Origin: Alkalispirochaeta sp.
GTDB lineage: Bacteria > Spirochaetota > Spirochaetia > DSM-27196 > Alkalispirochaetaceae
Length of the DNA stretch: 64,000 nucleotides
Reading direction: 5' to 3'
NCBI GenBank assembly: GCA_965242725.1
Contig: CBDESZ010000025.1
Span: 256,001-320,000, forward strand
Under the pieces are notes generated by a model, which was given only the letters and a program-made list of their open reading frames with translations, did not search any database and was not told the DNA's origin. This document shows, piece by piece, positions 39,793 to 49,773 of this stretch. How positions within the stretch are numbered: position 1 is the stretch's first letter; every line of letters starts with the position of its first letter. The translations under genes were made by a program, and so were the position numbers.

Positions 39793-42780
39793 ATGGCGAA
39801 GCATTACGTCTTTGAAAAAATACCGGTAAAACAGCTGATGCAACGCCGCATCCAGGACGTCCTTCTCGTCTGCTCGAAATACGACAAGTTCATGCTTGAG
39901 GAAGACGGGCGGGTGGACGAGCAGATCTTCCAGGAGTATGCAAGTCTCAACCTCCGCTATCCGCCCCGATTTGTCCAGGTAAGCACCGAGGAGGACGCCT
40001 TGCGGGAGCTGGAGCGAGGAGGGTATGACATGGTCATATCCATGCTCAACATCGGCGGCCCGAAGGCACTGCAGTTGGCGGAAGAGGTTCAGACGCGGTA
40101 CCCCGACCTGCCTCTGATCGTTTTGACTCCCTTCTCACGGGAAGTTTCCGTCCGGGTAAAGAACGAAGACCTCGTCGACAGATACCAGATTTTTGCGTGG
40201 CTCGGCGACGACAGCATATTGCTGGCGATTATTAAACTCCTCGAGGACCGGATGAACGTCGCCCATGACGTATCAGTCGGCGTTCAGGTCATCATCCTCG
40301 TGGAAGATTCGGTACGCTTCTATTCCAGCTTTCTGCCTCTCATTTACCGAATCCTCTTTCGCCAGGCCCGGGGAATCATGGAAGAGGGGTTGAATGAGTG
40401 GGAACAGACGATGCGCATGCGCTGCCGTCCCAAGATTCTTCTGGCAAATACCTTTGAGGAGGCGATAGAGCTCTACGACAGGTACCGGACAAACCTCCTC
40501 GGTGTCATATCCGATGTCTCCTTCAAGCGGGAAGGGGTGGAAGATCCGGCAGCGGGCCTCAAACTCTGTCGGTATATTCACAATGACAACGCCGACTTGC
40601 CGGTCCTCCTTCAGTCGTCGGAACAGCGACATCGGTCCGACGCGGCGTCCTGTGGCAGCAGTTTTCTCTACAAGCACTCCGACGACCTTCTCAACAGGCT
40701 GCAGCAATATATTCGGCGCAATTACGGATTCGGTCCATTGACCTTTCGCGATCCCGTCACCAACAGAACGCTCTTTTCCGTGGAGGATCTCAAGGATCTG
40801 CAGGAAAAAATAGAGGAAATGCCGGACGAGCAGTTCCTCCACTACTTTCGCAGAAAGAAACTCACAAACTGGCTCAAGACGCGTGCCCTCTTCTCCCTCG
40901 CGGACGTGGTGGAAGCCAACGTCACCGATATTGAGGATTCCGTACGGGCGAAACGGGTCATTCTCGAAATCATCGCTTCCTTCCGCCGTTTCCAGAGCCA
41001 GGGAACGATCGCGCATTTCGACAGGGAGCGATATGACGAGTATCTCACCTTTTCACGGATCGGAAACGGTTCACTCGGCGGCAAAGGCCGGGGGCTTGCA
41101 TTTATGGACCACGTCCTGAAGGACAGCCTCCTTCGTCACAAATATTCGGGAATCATTATTTCAATTCCCCGTACCGTCGTCGTCTCCACGGAGGTCTTTC
41201 AGGACTTTCTGGAACGGAACGACCTGCATGAAAAGCTCCGTTTCGACATCACCGATGAGGAAATTCTCGAACTTTTTTTACAGGGGTCATTTCCCGAGGA
41301 ACGGGTGGAGGATTTTCGTGCGGTATTGCGGGTCAATAGACGTCCCCTGGCGATCCGTTCCTCCAGCCTGCTTGAGGATTCCAATTCTCAGCCGTTCGCG
41401 GGGGTGTACAATACCTACATATTGGGCAATAACGCCGATGACGACGGGACTCGTCTGAAAGAGCTGATCGACGCCATAAAATGCGTCTATGCATGTACCT
41501 TCTACAAGGCAACCCGTGACTATATGGCGGCAACCAACAATCTCATCGCAGAAGAGCGCATGGCCGTTGCGATTCAGGAGTTGACGGGGACGTGTTACGA
41601 GACGCGCTGCTACCCCTCCATCTCAGGAGTCGCAAGGAGTCTCAACTTCTATCCCATAGAGAACGAAAAACCCGAGGAGGGCATCGCCCACGTGGCCGTC
41701 GGGCTGGGCACCACCGTCGTTGGTGGAGGCGCGGCGCTCCGTTTTTCCCCCAGGCATCCCAAGAAGATTTTGCAGCACGCCGATGTCGATACCGCGGTGC
41801 GCAGTGCGCAGAAAGAGTTTGTCGCTCTCGATCTCAAAGGCAAAGGGTTCATTCCCTCTGTTGACGACGATGTACAGCTCGTCTCGGAACACGTCGTCGA
41901 GGCGTCGGAAGATCCCAGTTTTCCATTGCTCGTTTCGACCTATGATTTCCAGAACGGCGTACTCCGGGAGGGAGTCATCGACGGAGGACAACCGATTCCT
42001 ACCTTTGCGGGTGTGCTCAAATACCGGCTTTTCCCGCTGGCCGACATCCTGAATGATCTGCTTGAGCTGGCACGGAAGGAAATGAACGTTCCCGTTGAAA
42101 TCGAGTTTGCCGTTGATCTCAACCCGCCGCAGAAGGGTCAGGAAAAAACATTCAGTTTTCTGCAGGTCCGTCCCGTCATTGAGGGGCTTGAAGCTGATGA
42201 TATCGAAATCGGCGGTGACGAGCTGGAGCACGCGGTGGTAACCTCCTACAGTGCGCTGGGTAACGGTATTTATACGGACATTCACGACGTTGTGTACGTA
42301 CGGCCGGAAAACTATAACCCAGCCGAAAGTGAAACAATTGCGGAATTGCTGGAGCGCATCAACGGTGCGTTTGTCGCGGAAGGGCGCCATTACCTTCTTA
42401 TCGTACCGGGGCGGCTCGGATCCCGGGATCCCTGGCTCGGCATTCCCTGCAAGTGGACACAAATATCGCACGCCCGGGTCATTGTTGAATCCTCAATTGA
42501 AAAGCTGAGGGTTGATCCCAGTCAGGGGAGCCACTTTTTCCACAATATCACCTCCCTTCACATCGGCTATCTCACGGTGGATCCCTTTCGGGACGCCCGG
42601 GAATCGGTGGACTACGAGTATCTCAACCAATGCCCCTCCGCAAGCGAAGATTCCTATATTCGCCGCGTCACCTTTCCAAAAGAGCTGCCCACCAAGCTGG
42701 CCGGCCATGCAAGGACGGGAATCGTCCTGCGTCCCGACTACGTTCCACAGATGCCGATTGAAGATACGAGGTGGGCCTAG
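39793..42780 (+). CDS. Receiver-like domains + PEP/pyruvate-binding (PPDK_N-type ATP-grasp) protein
   Basis: Two REC-like regions; GSLGGKGRGLAF, PLAIRSSSLLED, FAGVY, GLG, VEIEFA, LQVRP, SQGSHFF; no recognisable PEP-utilising C-terminal domain. Confidence 0.8.
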   Translation: MAKHYVFEKIPVKQLMQRRIQDVLLVCSKYDKFMLEEDGRVDEQIFQEYASLNLRYPPRFVQVSTEEDALRELERGGYDMVISMLNIGGPKALQLAEEVQTRYPDLPLIVLTPFSREVSVRVKNEDLVDRYQIFAWLGDDSILLAIIKLLEDRMNVAHDVSVGVQVIILVEDSVRFYSSFLPLIYRILFRQARGIMEEGLNEWEQTMRMRCRPKILLANTFEEAIELYDRYRTNLLGVISDVSFKREGVEDPAAGLKLCRYIHNDNADLPVLLQSSEQRHRSDAASCGSSFLYKHSDDLLNRLQQYIRRNYGFGPLTFRDPVTNRTLFSVEDLKDLQEKIEEMPDEQFLHYFRRKKLTNWLKTRALFSLADVVEANVTDIEDSVRAKRVILEIIASFRRFQSQGTIAHFDRERYDEYLTFSRIGNGSLGGKGRGLAFMDHVLKDSLLRHKYSGIIISIPRTVVVSTEVFQDFLERNDLHEKLRFDITDEEILELFLQGSFPEERVEDFRAVLRVNRRPLAIRSSSLLEDSNSQPFAGVYNTYILGNNADDDGTRLKELIDAIKCVYACTFYKATRDYMAATNNLIAEERMAVAIQELTGTCYETRCYPSISGVARSLNFYPIENEKPEEGIAHVAVGLGTTVVGGGAALRFSPRHPKKILQHADVDTAVRSAQKEFVALDLKGKGFIPSVDDDVQLVSEHVVEASEDPSFPLLVSTYDFQNGVLREGVIDGGQPIPTFAGVLKYRLFPLADILNDLLELARKEMNVPVEIEFAVDLNPPQKGQEKTFSFLQVRPVIEGLEADDIEIGGDELEHAVVTSYSALGNGIYTDIHDVVYVRPENYNPAESETIAELLERINGAFVAEGRHYLLIVPGRLGSRDPWLGIPCKWTQISHARVIVESSIEKLRVDPSQGSHFFHNITSLHIGYLTVDPFRDARESVDYEYLNQCPSASEDSYIRRVTFPKELPTKLAGHARTGIVLRPDYVPQMPIEDTRWA

Positions 42781-42833
42781 ACGGGACGGCGTAGTACCCC
42801 TGAGCGGCGAATCCCGGCGCACAAGGGCGGAGC

Positions 42834-42862
42834 AAAAAAAAAGGCGGCCTTTCGGCCGCCCC
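42834..42862 (-). terminator. Intrinsic terminator of the iclR-doeA-eutB-eutC operon
   Basis: Minus strand GGCGGCC-GAAA-GGCCGCC + T9. Confidence 0.88.
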
Positions 42863-42880
42863 GTTGCGCATTATCGCCGG

Positions 42881-43867
42881 TCATGAAACGGTGATACCCA
42901 GATCCATTTCCTCCGCAATGGTAAAGGCGCGAATTGAGATCATCGTATCCTGAACTCCAACACCGGTCAGGTCGCACATGGTGATCTCCTTGTCGCTCTG
43001 CCGGCCGGGATGCTTCTTTCGCACCAGGCTGCCCAGTTCCACGATCGGACCGTCTTCCGAGATTGTCCCCGCTGCAAGGGCGGAACGAAGTTCACCCAGG
43101 CGGAAGACCTGGCTCTTGAGATCGCAGGCGAGAACATCGACCGCCCCCGGTACCGCCGCGTCCACTTCCTGTTTTTCTTCCGCGTCTGAACCCATCGTGG
43201 TGAGATGCAGTCCCGGATGGAGCCACTCGGCTTTGAGAAAGGGTTTTCGTGAGGGTGTCGTCGTTACCACGACGGAACTTTCTTTTACAACCTCTTCAAC
43301 CGAGGTTGCCTTGATCACTTTGACGCCAAGCTCCCGTTCCATATCACGGACATAGGCGTCCCGGACCTCGTCAGCGTCGAGGCTGAACATGCGGATCGTC
43401 TTGATCGGCCGTACAAGGGAGAGTGCCCGCATCTGAAATCGCGCCTGGACGCCTGCGCCGATTACCCCGGCGTGCTCGGTGTTGTCGGGGGCGAGATATT
43501 TCGCCGCCACTGCCCCTGCGGCGCCGGTCCGTACCTGGGTGAGATATCCGTTGTCCAGGAGCACCGCCTTCAGGAAGCCCGTTTCCGCATCGATGACGAG
43601 CATCTGTCCGCTCTGGGAGGGAAGACCCCTGTCAGGATTCTTGAAAAATCCCGAGGCGACTTTCACCGCCAGGTAGGGCAGTCCTTTAATATAAGCCGAT
43701 TTGATGTCGACTTCCGCCTCCAGATGGGGGACGGGAATCATCATTATCGGGGGGACCGTCGCGTTGCCGGCGTCGAGTTCTGCAAAGCCCCGTTCGACGT
43801 CCGCAACAGCGTCGAGATCCAGTTTTATCTGGGAAAGCAAGTCCTTCTCAGGAACGACACGTACCAT
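42881..43867 (-). CDS. eutC: Ectoine utilization protein EutC (ornithine cyclodeaminase-like)
   Basis: EVDIKSAY, KVASGFF.NP..GLPS, LLDNGYLT.VRT.AAGA, DLTGVGVQDT; next to eutB and doeA. Confidence 0.85.
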   Translation of the reverse strand: MVRVVPEKDLLSQIKLDLDAVADVERGFAELDAGNATVPPIMMIPVPHLEAEVDIKSAYIKGLPYLAVKVASGFFKNPDRGLPSQSGQMLVIDAETGFLKAVLLDNGYLTQVRTGAAGAVAAKYLAPDNTEHAGVIGAGVQARFQMRALSLVRPIKTIRMFSLDADEVRDAYVRDMERELGVKVIKATSVEEVVKESSVVVTTTPSRKPFLKAEWLHPGLHLTTMGSDAEEKQEVDAAVPGAVDVLACDLKSQVFRLGELRSALAAGTISEDGPIVELGSLVRKKHPGRQSDKEITMCDLTGVGVQDTMISIRAFTIAEEMDLGITVS

Positions 43868-43877
43868 ATGATTCTCC

Positions 43878-44867
43878 TTATGTGCTCTTTGTGTTTATAC
43901 GGTTCACAACCGACAGATACTGGGTCAGATCGACACTGCTGCCGCTCACGACGATACCGACGGACTCGCCGGGGACCGATATTTTGCCGCTTTGCAGTGC
44001 GGCGATACCGACCGCCGCACTTCCTTCTATGACCAGGCTGTGTCGGGCGAGGGCATAGTACATTGCCCTCTCGATCTCCTCTTCTTCGATGAGGACGTGT
44101 TCATCCACGTTGTCCCTGATGAGGGGCAGTGTGTAACGGTTCTCCACACCGATTCCACCTAGAAGCGAGTCGGCAAGGGTGTCCTTTTCTTCAACTGCTA
44201 CGGGTTTGCCCGCCTTCAGGCTTTCAAGCATCGCCGGAGAGCGGGAAATGGAGACTCCGACCACGCGGATCCGCGGATTAATCAACTTGGCGGCGAGGGC
44301 GACGCCTGCAAGCAAACCGCCTCCCGACAGGGGAACGAGGAGGGTGTCAAGGTTGGGAATCTCCTCGAGCATTTCCAGACCGATCGTTCCCTGTCCGGCA
44401 ACGATAAAGGGATCGTCAAAGGGAACGACAGGGACCATGTTTCGCTCCGCCATGATGCGGAAATATTCCTCCTCCGCCTCATCCTGAGAATGACCCTTTA
44501 CGACAACCTCCGCGCCGAGACTGCGTATGAGCTCCACCCGATAGTACGGTACGTGCTCGGAGACGCACACGACGGCGGGTATACCCGTTTTCCCCGCGAC
44601 ATACGCCACCGCCTTCCCGTGGTTGCCGGTGGAAAAGGTGATAACCCCCCTCCGTTTCTCCTCCTCCGTGAGGGAGAGAATCCTGTTGGACGCGCCGCGC
44701 ACCTTGAAGGCGCCCGTGTTCTGAAGAGACTCGAGCTTGAGATGGACGGCCGCGGCGCCGGTCTCTTCCTGAAGGACGGGGGAGTCGATAAAGGGAGTCC
44801 GCCGCACGAGCCCGACGATTCGCCGGGCCGCCTCGAAAATATCGGTTAGGTGAAGTTCCACAGCCAT
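43878..44867 (-). CDS. eutB: Hydroxyectoine utilization dehydratase EutB (threonine dehydratase-like)
   Basis: KLESLQNTGAFKVRGA, STGNHG, SQDEA, PLSGGGL, TLADSLLGGIG..NRYT. Confidence 0.85.
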   Translation of the reverse strand: MAVELHLTDIFEAARRIVGLVRRTPFIDSPVLQEETGAAAVHLKLESLQNTGAFKVRGASNRILSLTEEEKRRGVITFSTGNHGKAVAYVAGKTGIPAVVCVSEHVPYYRVELIRSLGAEVVVKGHSQDEAEEEYFRIMAERNMVPVVPFDDPFIVAGQGTIGLEMLEEIPNLDTLLVPLSGGGLLAGVALAAKLINPRIRVVGVSISRSPAMLESLKAGKPVAVEEKDTLADSLLGGIGVENRYTLPLIRDNVDEHVLIEEEEIERAMYYALARHSLVIEGSAAVGIAALQSGKISVPGESVGIVVSGSSVDLTQYLSVVNRINTKST

Positions 44868-44871
44868 CGTC

Positions 44872-46047
44872 TTACTTGAGAATGAGCTTGATTGGAAAAT
44901 CAAAGAGTGGTTCGATTCCGGTTGACGTCACTCTGAAGGACGCATCGATCTCGAAACCGACCTCTTTGTACCAGATTCCGGGAATTAGATGGAGCGCCAT
45001 ATTCTCCTGAATAACCGTCTTGTCGCCGGGACGCACGCTGATCGTCTGTTCGCCCCAGTCCGGAGGATAGTTGACGCCGATGGAGTAACCGAGGCGTGAC
45101 TCCTTGACCACCTTGGAATGGGAAATGGCTTTGCGCCACCGTTCCTCGATCTGTTCCGACGTGACCCCGGGCTTGATGAAATCGAGGGTCTGTTCCAGTC
45201 CGTCGATGACGACATCGGCGGTTTCCTTCATGAGAGCCGGCGGATTGGATCCGAGAAATATGGTTCGTGCGATGGGTGAGTGGTAGTGGCGGTAGACACC
45301 GGCCAGTTCAAGAAGGACCGCTTCATCCTTTTGATAGGTCTTTTCCGTCCAGGTGAGATGAGGCGTAGACGCCGCTTCACCGGCCATCATGAGAGGAACG
45401 ATGGCGGGGTAGTCGCCGGCGTATTCCTCGGTACCCTTGTACTGGGCGTAGGCGATTGCTGCTGCGGCGTCACATTCCCGGACGCCCACGTCGATCGTGT
45501 CCACCGCCGTCTGCATGACCCGCTCGGCGATCTTGCCGGCACGCTTCAGAAAGGTGATCTCCGCTTCCGACTTGACGACCCGTACCCAGTTCACCAGCGT
45601 ATTGGCATCCTTGAAGGTTGCATTCGGCAGCGACCGTTCGAGTTCGACATAATTGCGATGGGTAAAGTAGAACTGGTCCATTTCCACACCGATCGTACCC
45701 TTGTCCCAGCCCTTTTCCTTGATTACATCCGCGACAAAATGCATGGGATGCTTCACCAGTGACTGGACGTAGTCATCGGCATACTCCCGAATATTGTCCT
45801 CGGAAAGGCTGGTGGTAAGACGCGCTCCGTTTGCGTCCATTCCACGACCAAGCCACATCGGTTCTTCCTGATTCAGTGATACGAGAACAACCTGGTGAAC
45901 GTAAAAACTCCAACCGTCATATCCGGTCAGGTAGTTCATATTGGCGGGCTGGCTGATGACGAGCAGGTCGATACCCTTTTCCTGCATCGATCGCTTCGTC
46001 TTCGTGACCCGATCCTTGTACTCGCGTGCGTCAAATACTGCCGGCAT
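44872..46047 (-). CDS. doeA: Ectoine hydrolase DoeA/EutD (M24 fold), copy 1
   Basis: NMNYLTGYDGWSFYVHQ, YVQS..KHPM, LVNWVR.VKS, GDYPAIVP, PHLTW, SRLGYSIG.NYPPDWGE. Confidence 0.9.
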   Translation of the reverse strand: MPAVFDAREYKDRVTKTKRSMQEKGIDLLVISQPANMNYLTGYDGWSFYVHQVVLVSLNQEEPMWLGRGMDANGARLTTSLSEDNIREYADDYVQSLVKHPMHFVADVIKEKGWDKGTIGVEMDQFYFTHRNYVELERSLPNATFKDANTLVNWVRVVKSEAEITFLKRAGKIAERVMQTAVDTIDVGVRECDAAAAIAYAQYKGTEEYAGDYPAIVPLMMAGEAASTPHLTWTEKTYQKDEAVLLELAGVYRHYHSPIARTIFLGSNPPALMKETADVVIDGLEQTLDFIKPGVTSEQIEERWRKAISHSKVVKESRLGYSIGVNYPPDWGEQTISVRPGDKTVIQENMALHLIPGIWYKEVGFEIDASFRVTSTGIEPLFDFPIKLILK

Positions 46048-46076
46048 AGCGCCTCCTCCGTGTTTGTCTGTAACTA

Positions 46077-46877
46077 TTACGTTTCTCTTCGTCCCAATTG
46101 TTGTGATATGGAACGAGTTGTATCCAATAATGCGTCAATGAGGCGATCCAGTTTTTCCGGGGTCGCCCGAATCGATGGTCCGGAAATGCTCAGATTTGCG
46201 ACGACCTTTCCTCGGTAATCGAAAATCGGCGATGAGTAGCTGTTGAGATCGTCACTGAACTCACGAATTTCCGTCGAGTAACCGCGGCGTCGAACCTCAT
46301 CGAGCTCGTGACGCATCGCGTCGACGTCCGTGATGGTATTGGCGGTTCGCCGTTCCATGTCCCCCTCGGTGAGAATGCGTACAGCCTCCTCCCAGGGTAT
46401 ATAGGCAAGAAAGTTTTTTCCCGACGCACAGGTGTGTATGGGATAGGTGTATGTGACGTCCGGATTCAGGGAGAGCGGATTATTGCTCTTGATTTCCTCT
46501 ATGGCGATGACCATGCGTCCGTACAGGACGGTGAGATAGATATTCTCGTTTGCGATGCGTCCAAGGTCAACCATGAGCGGTTTGGCGATCTCCCGCAAAT
46601 CCTGGCTCATGGGAACACGGCTGCCCAGTTTGAAAACGGAAAAGCTGAGTCGATACCCTTTTCGCGGGTCTTTGGTGACGTATCCAATCTCCATGAGTGT
46701 CGCGAGGAGACGGTGGACGTTTGTGCGGGTCAGACCGAGCCGTTCCGAGATGAACGACGGCTTCACCGGCTGATTGTTGCTTATGAACTCCAGCAGGTTG
46801 AACGCCTTCAGCACGGTGGTGGAAGGAGTGTAGTGACTAGTATTACTATTTGAACCGTCGTTAGTATGTTGCAACAC
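46077..46877 (-). CDS. IclR-family transcriptional regulator 1 (probably leaderless, GTG start ~46877)
   Basis: VLKAFNLLE..HTH..VHRLLATL, CASGK, RGYS, SISGP; the ORF-track start at 46913 coincides with a -35 box. Confidence 0.88.
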   Translation of the reverse strand: MLQHTNDGSNSNTSHYTPSTTVLKAFNLLEFISNNQPVKPSFISERLGLTRTNVHRLLATLMEIGYVTKDPRKGYRLSFSVFKLGSRVPMSQDLREIAKPLMVDLGRIANENIYLTVLYGRMVIAIEEIKSNNPLSLNPDVTYTYPIHTCASGKNFLAYIPWEEAVRILTEGDMERRTANTITDVDAMRHELDEVRRRGYSTEIREFSDDLNSYSSPIFDYRGKVVANLSISGPSIRATPEKLDRLIDALLDTTRSISQQLGRRET

Positions 46878-46913
46878 CACCTGAATTGTGGCGTAGCGTT
46901 GACGGTTTGTCAA
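46839..46913 (-). promoter_or_regulatory. iclR1-doeA-eutB-eutC promoter + tandem operator (site B)
   Basis: TTGACA(46913-08)-17-CACAAT(46890-85), 8 nt, TGTTGCAACATACTAACG-AC-GGTTCAAATAGTAATACT (46876-46839). Confidence 0.8.
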
Positions 46914-46941
46914 GAAAAAGGTTGATCCTCGGAGGTGCGGA

Positions 46942-47730
46942 TTATCCCTTTCCGAGACGGGCGAGACGGATGTTTTCCTCCACTTTTTGAGCCACCTCTT
47001 TCAGGCGCGGGAGGAGATCATCGATCATCGTAAAGGTAAGGCGATCGACCGGTCCTGAAACGCTGATTCCCGATACGGATATGTCTTCATGGCCATGTAT
47101 TGGTACGGCGAAACAGCGGACCTCCATCGCGAGCTCCTGCCGGTCGACGGCGTATCCCATTCTGCGAACATCGTCAATCTCCTTTTTCAGGCCGTCCGGG
47201 GTCACGATCGTGTTCGGCGTATACGGGGTGAGGGCGATGCGGTGAATCACGCTGTCGAGTTCCTCGTCGTCAAGTTCCGCAAGAAGTACCTTCCCGACGG
47301 AGGTGCAGTGCAACGGTTCCGTCTCGCCGACTGAGCGGTCTAACTGCAAATAGGTGGAAGGAGTCGCCTTGTCGACGTAAAGAACCTGATCTTCAAAGTT
47401 GATTCCGTGGTTGACCGTCAGCTCCGTATCATGGGAGAGCTCCAACAGTTCCCTGCGCGCCGTGTCGATGAGATCATAGCTGTGGGGTACCGAATTGCCG
47501 ACTTCGAAAAGATGAAAGGTGAGACGGTATCCTCCGTCGGCATACTTGTCGACGTAGTTGAGGATTTCAAGGGTGTACAGCATGCGATGAACCGTCGACC
47601 GGTTGAGATCCAGCTCATGGGCGAGATCCCGGGGATACACTTTGCCGTGTTCGGCGATGTACTCCAGAATCTGTGCGGCGGTGACGACGGTACTCGCGAC
47701 ATTGTTCTGCGTTTCTTGGTGGAGACTCAT
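46942..47730 (-). CDS. IclR-family transcriptional regulator 2
   Basis: STVHRMLYTL, PLHCTSVGKVLLA, GYAVD..E, ISVSGP. Confidence 0.92.
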   Translation of the reverse strand: MSLHQETQNNVASTVVTAAQILEYIAEHGKVYPRDLAHELDLNRSTVHRMLYTLEILNYVDKYADGGYRLTFHLFEVGNSVPHSYDLIDTARRELLELSHDTELTVNHGINFEDQVLYVDKATPSTYLQLDRSVGETEPLHCTSVGKVLLAELDDEELDSVIHRIALTPYTPNTIVTPDGLKKEIDDVRRMGYAVDRQELAMEVRCFAVPIHGHEDISVSGISVSGPVDRLTFTMIDDLLPRLKEVAQKVEENIRLARLGKG

Positions 47731-47787
47731 GACACATAAGAGCTTAAACGAGGGGGTTCCCGGTATCAAGGTATGTTACTATCGGGA

Positions 47788-48981
47788 ATGGCTCATACAT
47801 CACATATGGAGAAAGGAATCGCCTTTCGCCACGCTCTTCCAACTGTCATCTTTGTCGTTTCGGTTTCCATCCTCTTTTTTATCGGTCGTTCCGCCTTTGC
47901 ACCGCTGCTGCTGGATGTGGAGGATACCTTTCACGTCGGTCACGCCCGGTCGTCACGGCTGATGCTGACGTTGACTCTTGGGTACTCCCTGTCCATGTTT
48001 TTTTCAGGCGTGGTTTCACAGCGCGTCACCCATCGGCGGCTCATACCCCTTTCTGCGGGCCTCGGCGCTGCGGGCATGCTCGTTCTCGCGACGGCACCTG
48101 ACATGATCTTCATGAATGCGGGTCTCATCGTCTTCGGAATCGGCTTCGGTCTCTTCGTTCCTTCGGCGATCAGCGTGATAACGACGGCGGTGGATCGCCG
48201 TGACTGGCAGCGCGCCTTTTCAATCAATGAAATGAGCCCCCATATCGGAATGATACTCGCGCCGCTCATTGTAGCCGCGTCCAGGCCGGTATTGTCCTGG
48301 CGATGGATGTTTGGTCTGGTAAGTCTCTCTCTGGTCGCGGGGGCCCTCCTTTTTGCCGTTCGGGTCCGTGACGGCGACGCCCACGGTCGTGCCCCGAACC
48401 TCGCTGTTCTGGTGCAGCTGGTTCGTCGGAAAGAGTTCTGGGTCCTTATCGTCTTTTTCGCCCTCTCCCTCGCCGGAACGGACGGTGTGTACCTCCTCAT
48501 ACCGGCATTTCTCGTGACCGAAGGCGGGGTCAACCCCCGACTGGCAAATACCGTCTTCGGGATTTCCCGGTTCATGCCGCTGGTGACACTCCTAGCGGCG
48601 GCGTTTTTCGTCGATCGCATCAGGCCGAGGGTACTCATGGCTTTTGCCCTCGCCGGACAGGGACTGGCACTCGTCTTGCTCGGCACCTTCACCGGATGGG
48701 GACGACTATTGGTTGTATTTCTGCAACCCGCAATCGGGGCGCTCTACTTTCCGGCCGGATTTGCCGCATTGTCGTCCCTCATGCCGCCGGAATCACGGAA
48801 TGTGGGAGTGTCTATGACTCTTCCCACCGCCGTTTTTCTCGGGGTGGGGGTGATTCCCTCAGTCGTCGGTTACATGGGTGAATATTTCACCTTTGCCGGC
48901 GGATTCATCGGTCTCGGAGGGATTATGGCGGCGGTCAGCGTCCTCTCATTTACCGGCAGATTCACTCGCGACCGTGGATAG
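47788..48981 (+). CDS. MFS transporter
   Basis: About 12 TM helices, RSAFAPLL in helix 1; start 47788 or 47806. Confidence 0.8.
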   Translation: MAHTSHMEKGIAFRHALPTVIFVVSVSILFFIGRSAFAPLLLDVEDTFHVGHARSSRLMLTLTLGYSLSMFFSGVVSQRVTHRRLIPLSAGLGAAGMLVLATAPDMIFMNAGLIVFGIGFGLFVPSAISVITTAVDRRDWQRAFSINEMSPHIGMILAPLIVAASRPVLSWRWMFGLVSLSLVAGALLFAVRVRDGDAHGRAPNLAVLVQLVRRKEFWVLIVFFALSLAGTDGVYLLIPAFLVTEGGVNPRLANTVFGISRFMPLVTLLAAAFFVDRIRPRVLMAFALAGQGLALVLLGTFTGWGRLLVVFLQPAIGALYFPAGFAALSSLMPPESRNVGVSMTLPTAVFLGVGVIPSVVGYMGEYFTFAGGFIGLGGIMAAVSVLSFTGRFTRDRG

Positions 48982-49759
48982 TTTCACCGATATGCCCCAT
49001 CGTCATTGAAAGTCCCTGTGCCTCCGCAAGAATGCGGGGAGCCACGTCATTGAGTACGTCCGGGGTCAGGATCATGACCGGTCCGATTACCGAGAGGGAT
49101 GCGATAAAATTCCCGTCGTGATTTCTAACCGCTGCGGCGATCCCGTTGATATAGGGGCTGTGTTCTCCAAGCTCAAGGGAGTATCCCCGTCTGCGGGTAA
49201 TGAGGATCTCCCGTTCCAGCGCTTCCGCGTCCCCGATTGAATGCTTCGTCGGGGTGTGGAAGGCCATGTTTCGATAGAGCTCTTGTCGTTGTTCCTCCGG
49301 GAGGGTGGATAGGTAGAGCTTCCCCGATGCCGTGCTGTTGAGGTCATAGGTGACGGCGAAGTCATTGGCTACCTGAATATCGGCCGGGGGGATCACCCGT
49401 TCGAGGTTGACCATTTTATTGTCCGCCGGCGCGGTCAGATAGACGTTGGCCTGCATGTCCAGGGCGATCCGCTCCATAACGGGGCGAGCCGCCGCAGCGA
49501 TGTCCCGTGTGAGCGGTACCGTATTTCCAAGAGAGTGGAGCTTGAAGGTGAGGCTGAAGGCGTTCTCGTGCTTTTCCACATACCCGAGATACTCCAGACT
49601 GGCGAGGAGGCTGTGCACATTTCCCTTGCTCAGCTGCAGACGTCTGATGATTTCAGGCGTCCCGATCGGCTGATGCTCGGCGATGCATTCCAGAATTCCA
49701 AATGCCTTTGTCAGCGTCGTTGATATGATGTAGCTGCGCTGTCTTTCCGGTCTGCCCAT
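48962..49759 (-). CDS. IclR-family transcriptional regulator 3
   Basis: TLTKAFGILE, KGNVHSLLASL, TASGKLYL, RGYS, LSVIGP; start 49759 or 49774. Confidence 0.9.
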   Translation of the reverse strand: MGRPERQRSYIISTTLTKAFGILECIAEHQPIGTPEIIRRLQLSKGNVHSLLASLEYLGYVEKHENAFSLTFKLHSLGNTVPLTRDIAAAARPVMERIALDMQANVYLTAPADNKMVNLERVIPPADIQVANDFAVTYDLNSTASGKLYLSTLPEEQRQELYRNMAFHTPTKHSIGDAEALEREILITRRRGYSLELGEHSPYINGIAAAVRNHDGNFIASLSVIGPVMILTPDVLNDVAPRILAEAQGLSMTMGHIGETIHGRE

Positions 49760-49773
49760 TATAAAACCTTCCA

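Noticed and set aside
39793..42780. Phosphoenolpyruvate synthase (ppsA)
   Set aside because: Only the N-terminal nucleotide-binding domain is recognisable, with no PEP-utilising C-terminal domain
46878..46913. ORF-track N-terminal extensions starting at TTG (46913, also 13442 and 29291) and long extensions of pckA, the RND adaptor, the racemase and the dehydrogenase
   Set aside because: These starts fall on or upstream of promoter boxes, or overlap neighbouring genes; downstream starts fit SD or leaderless signals
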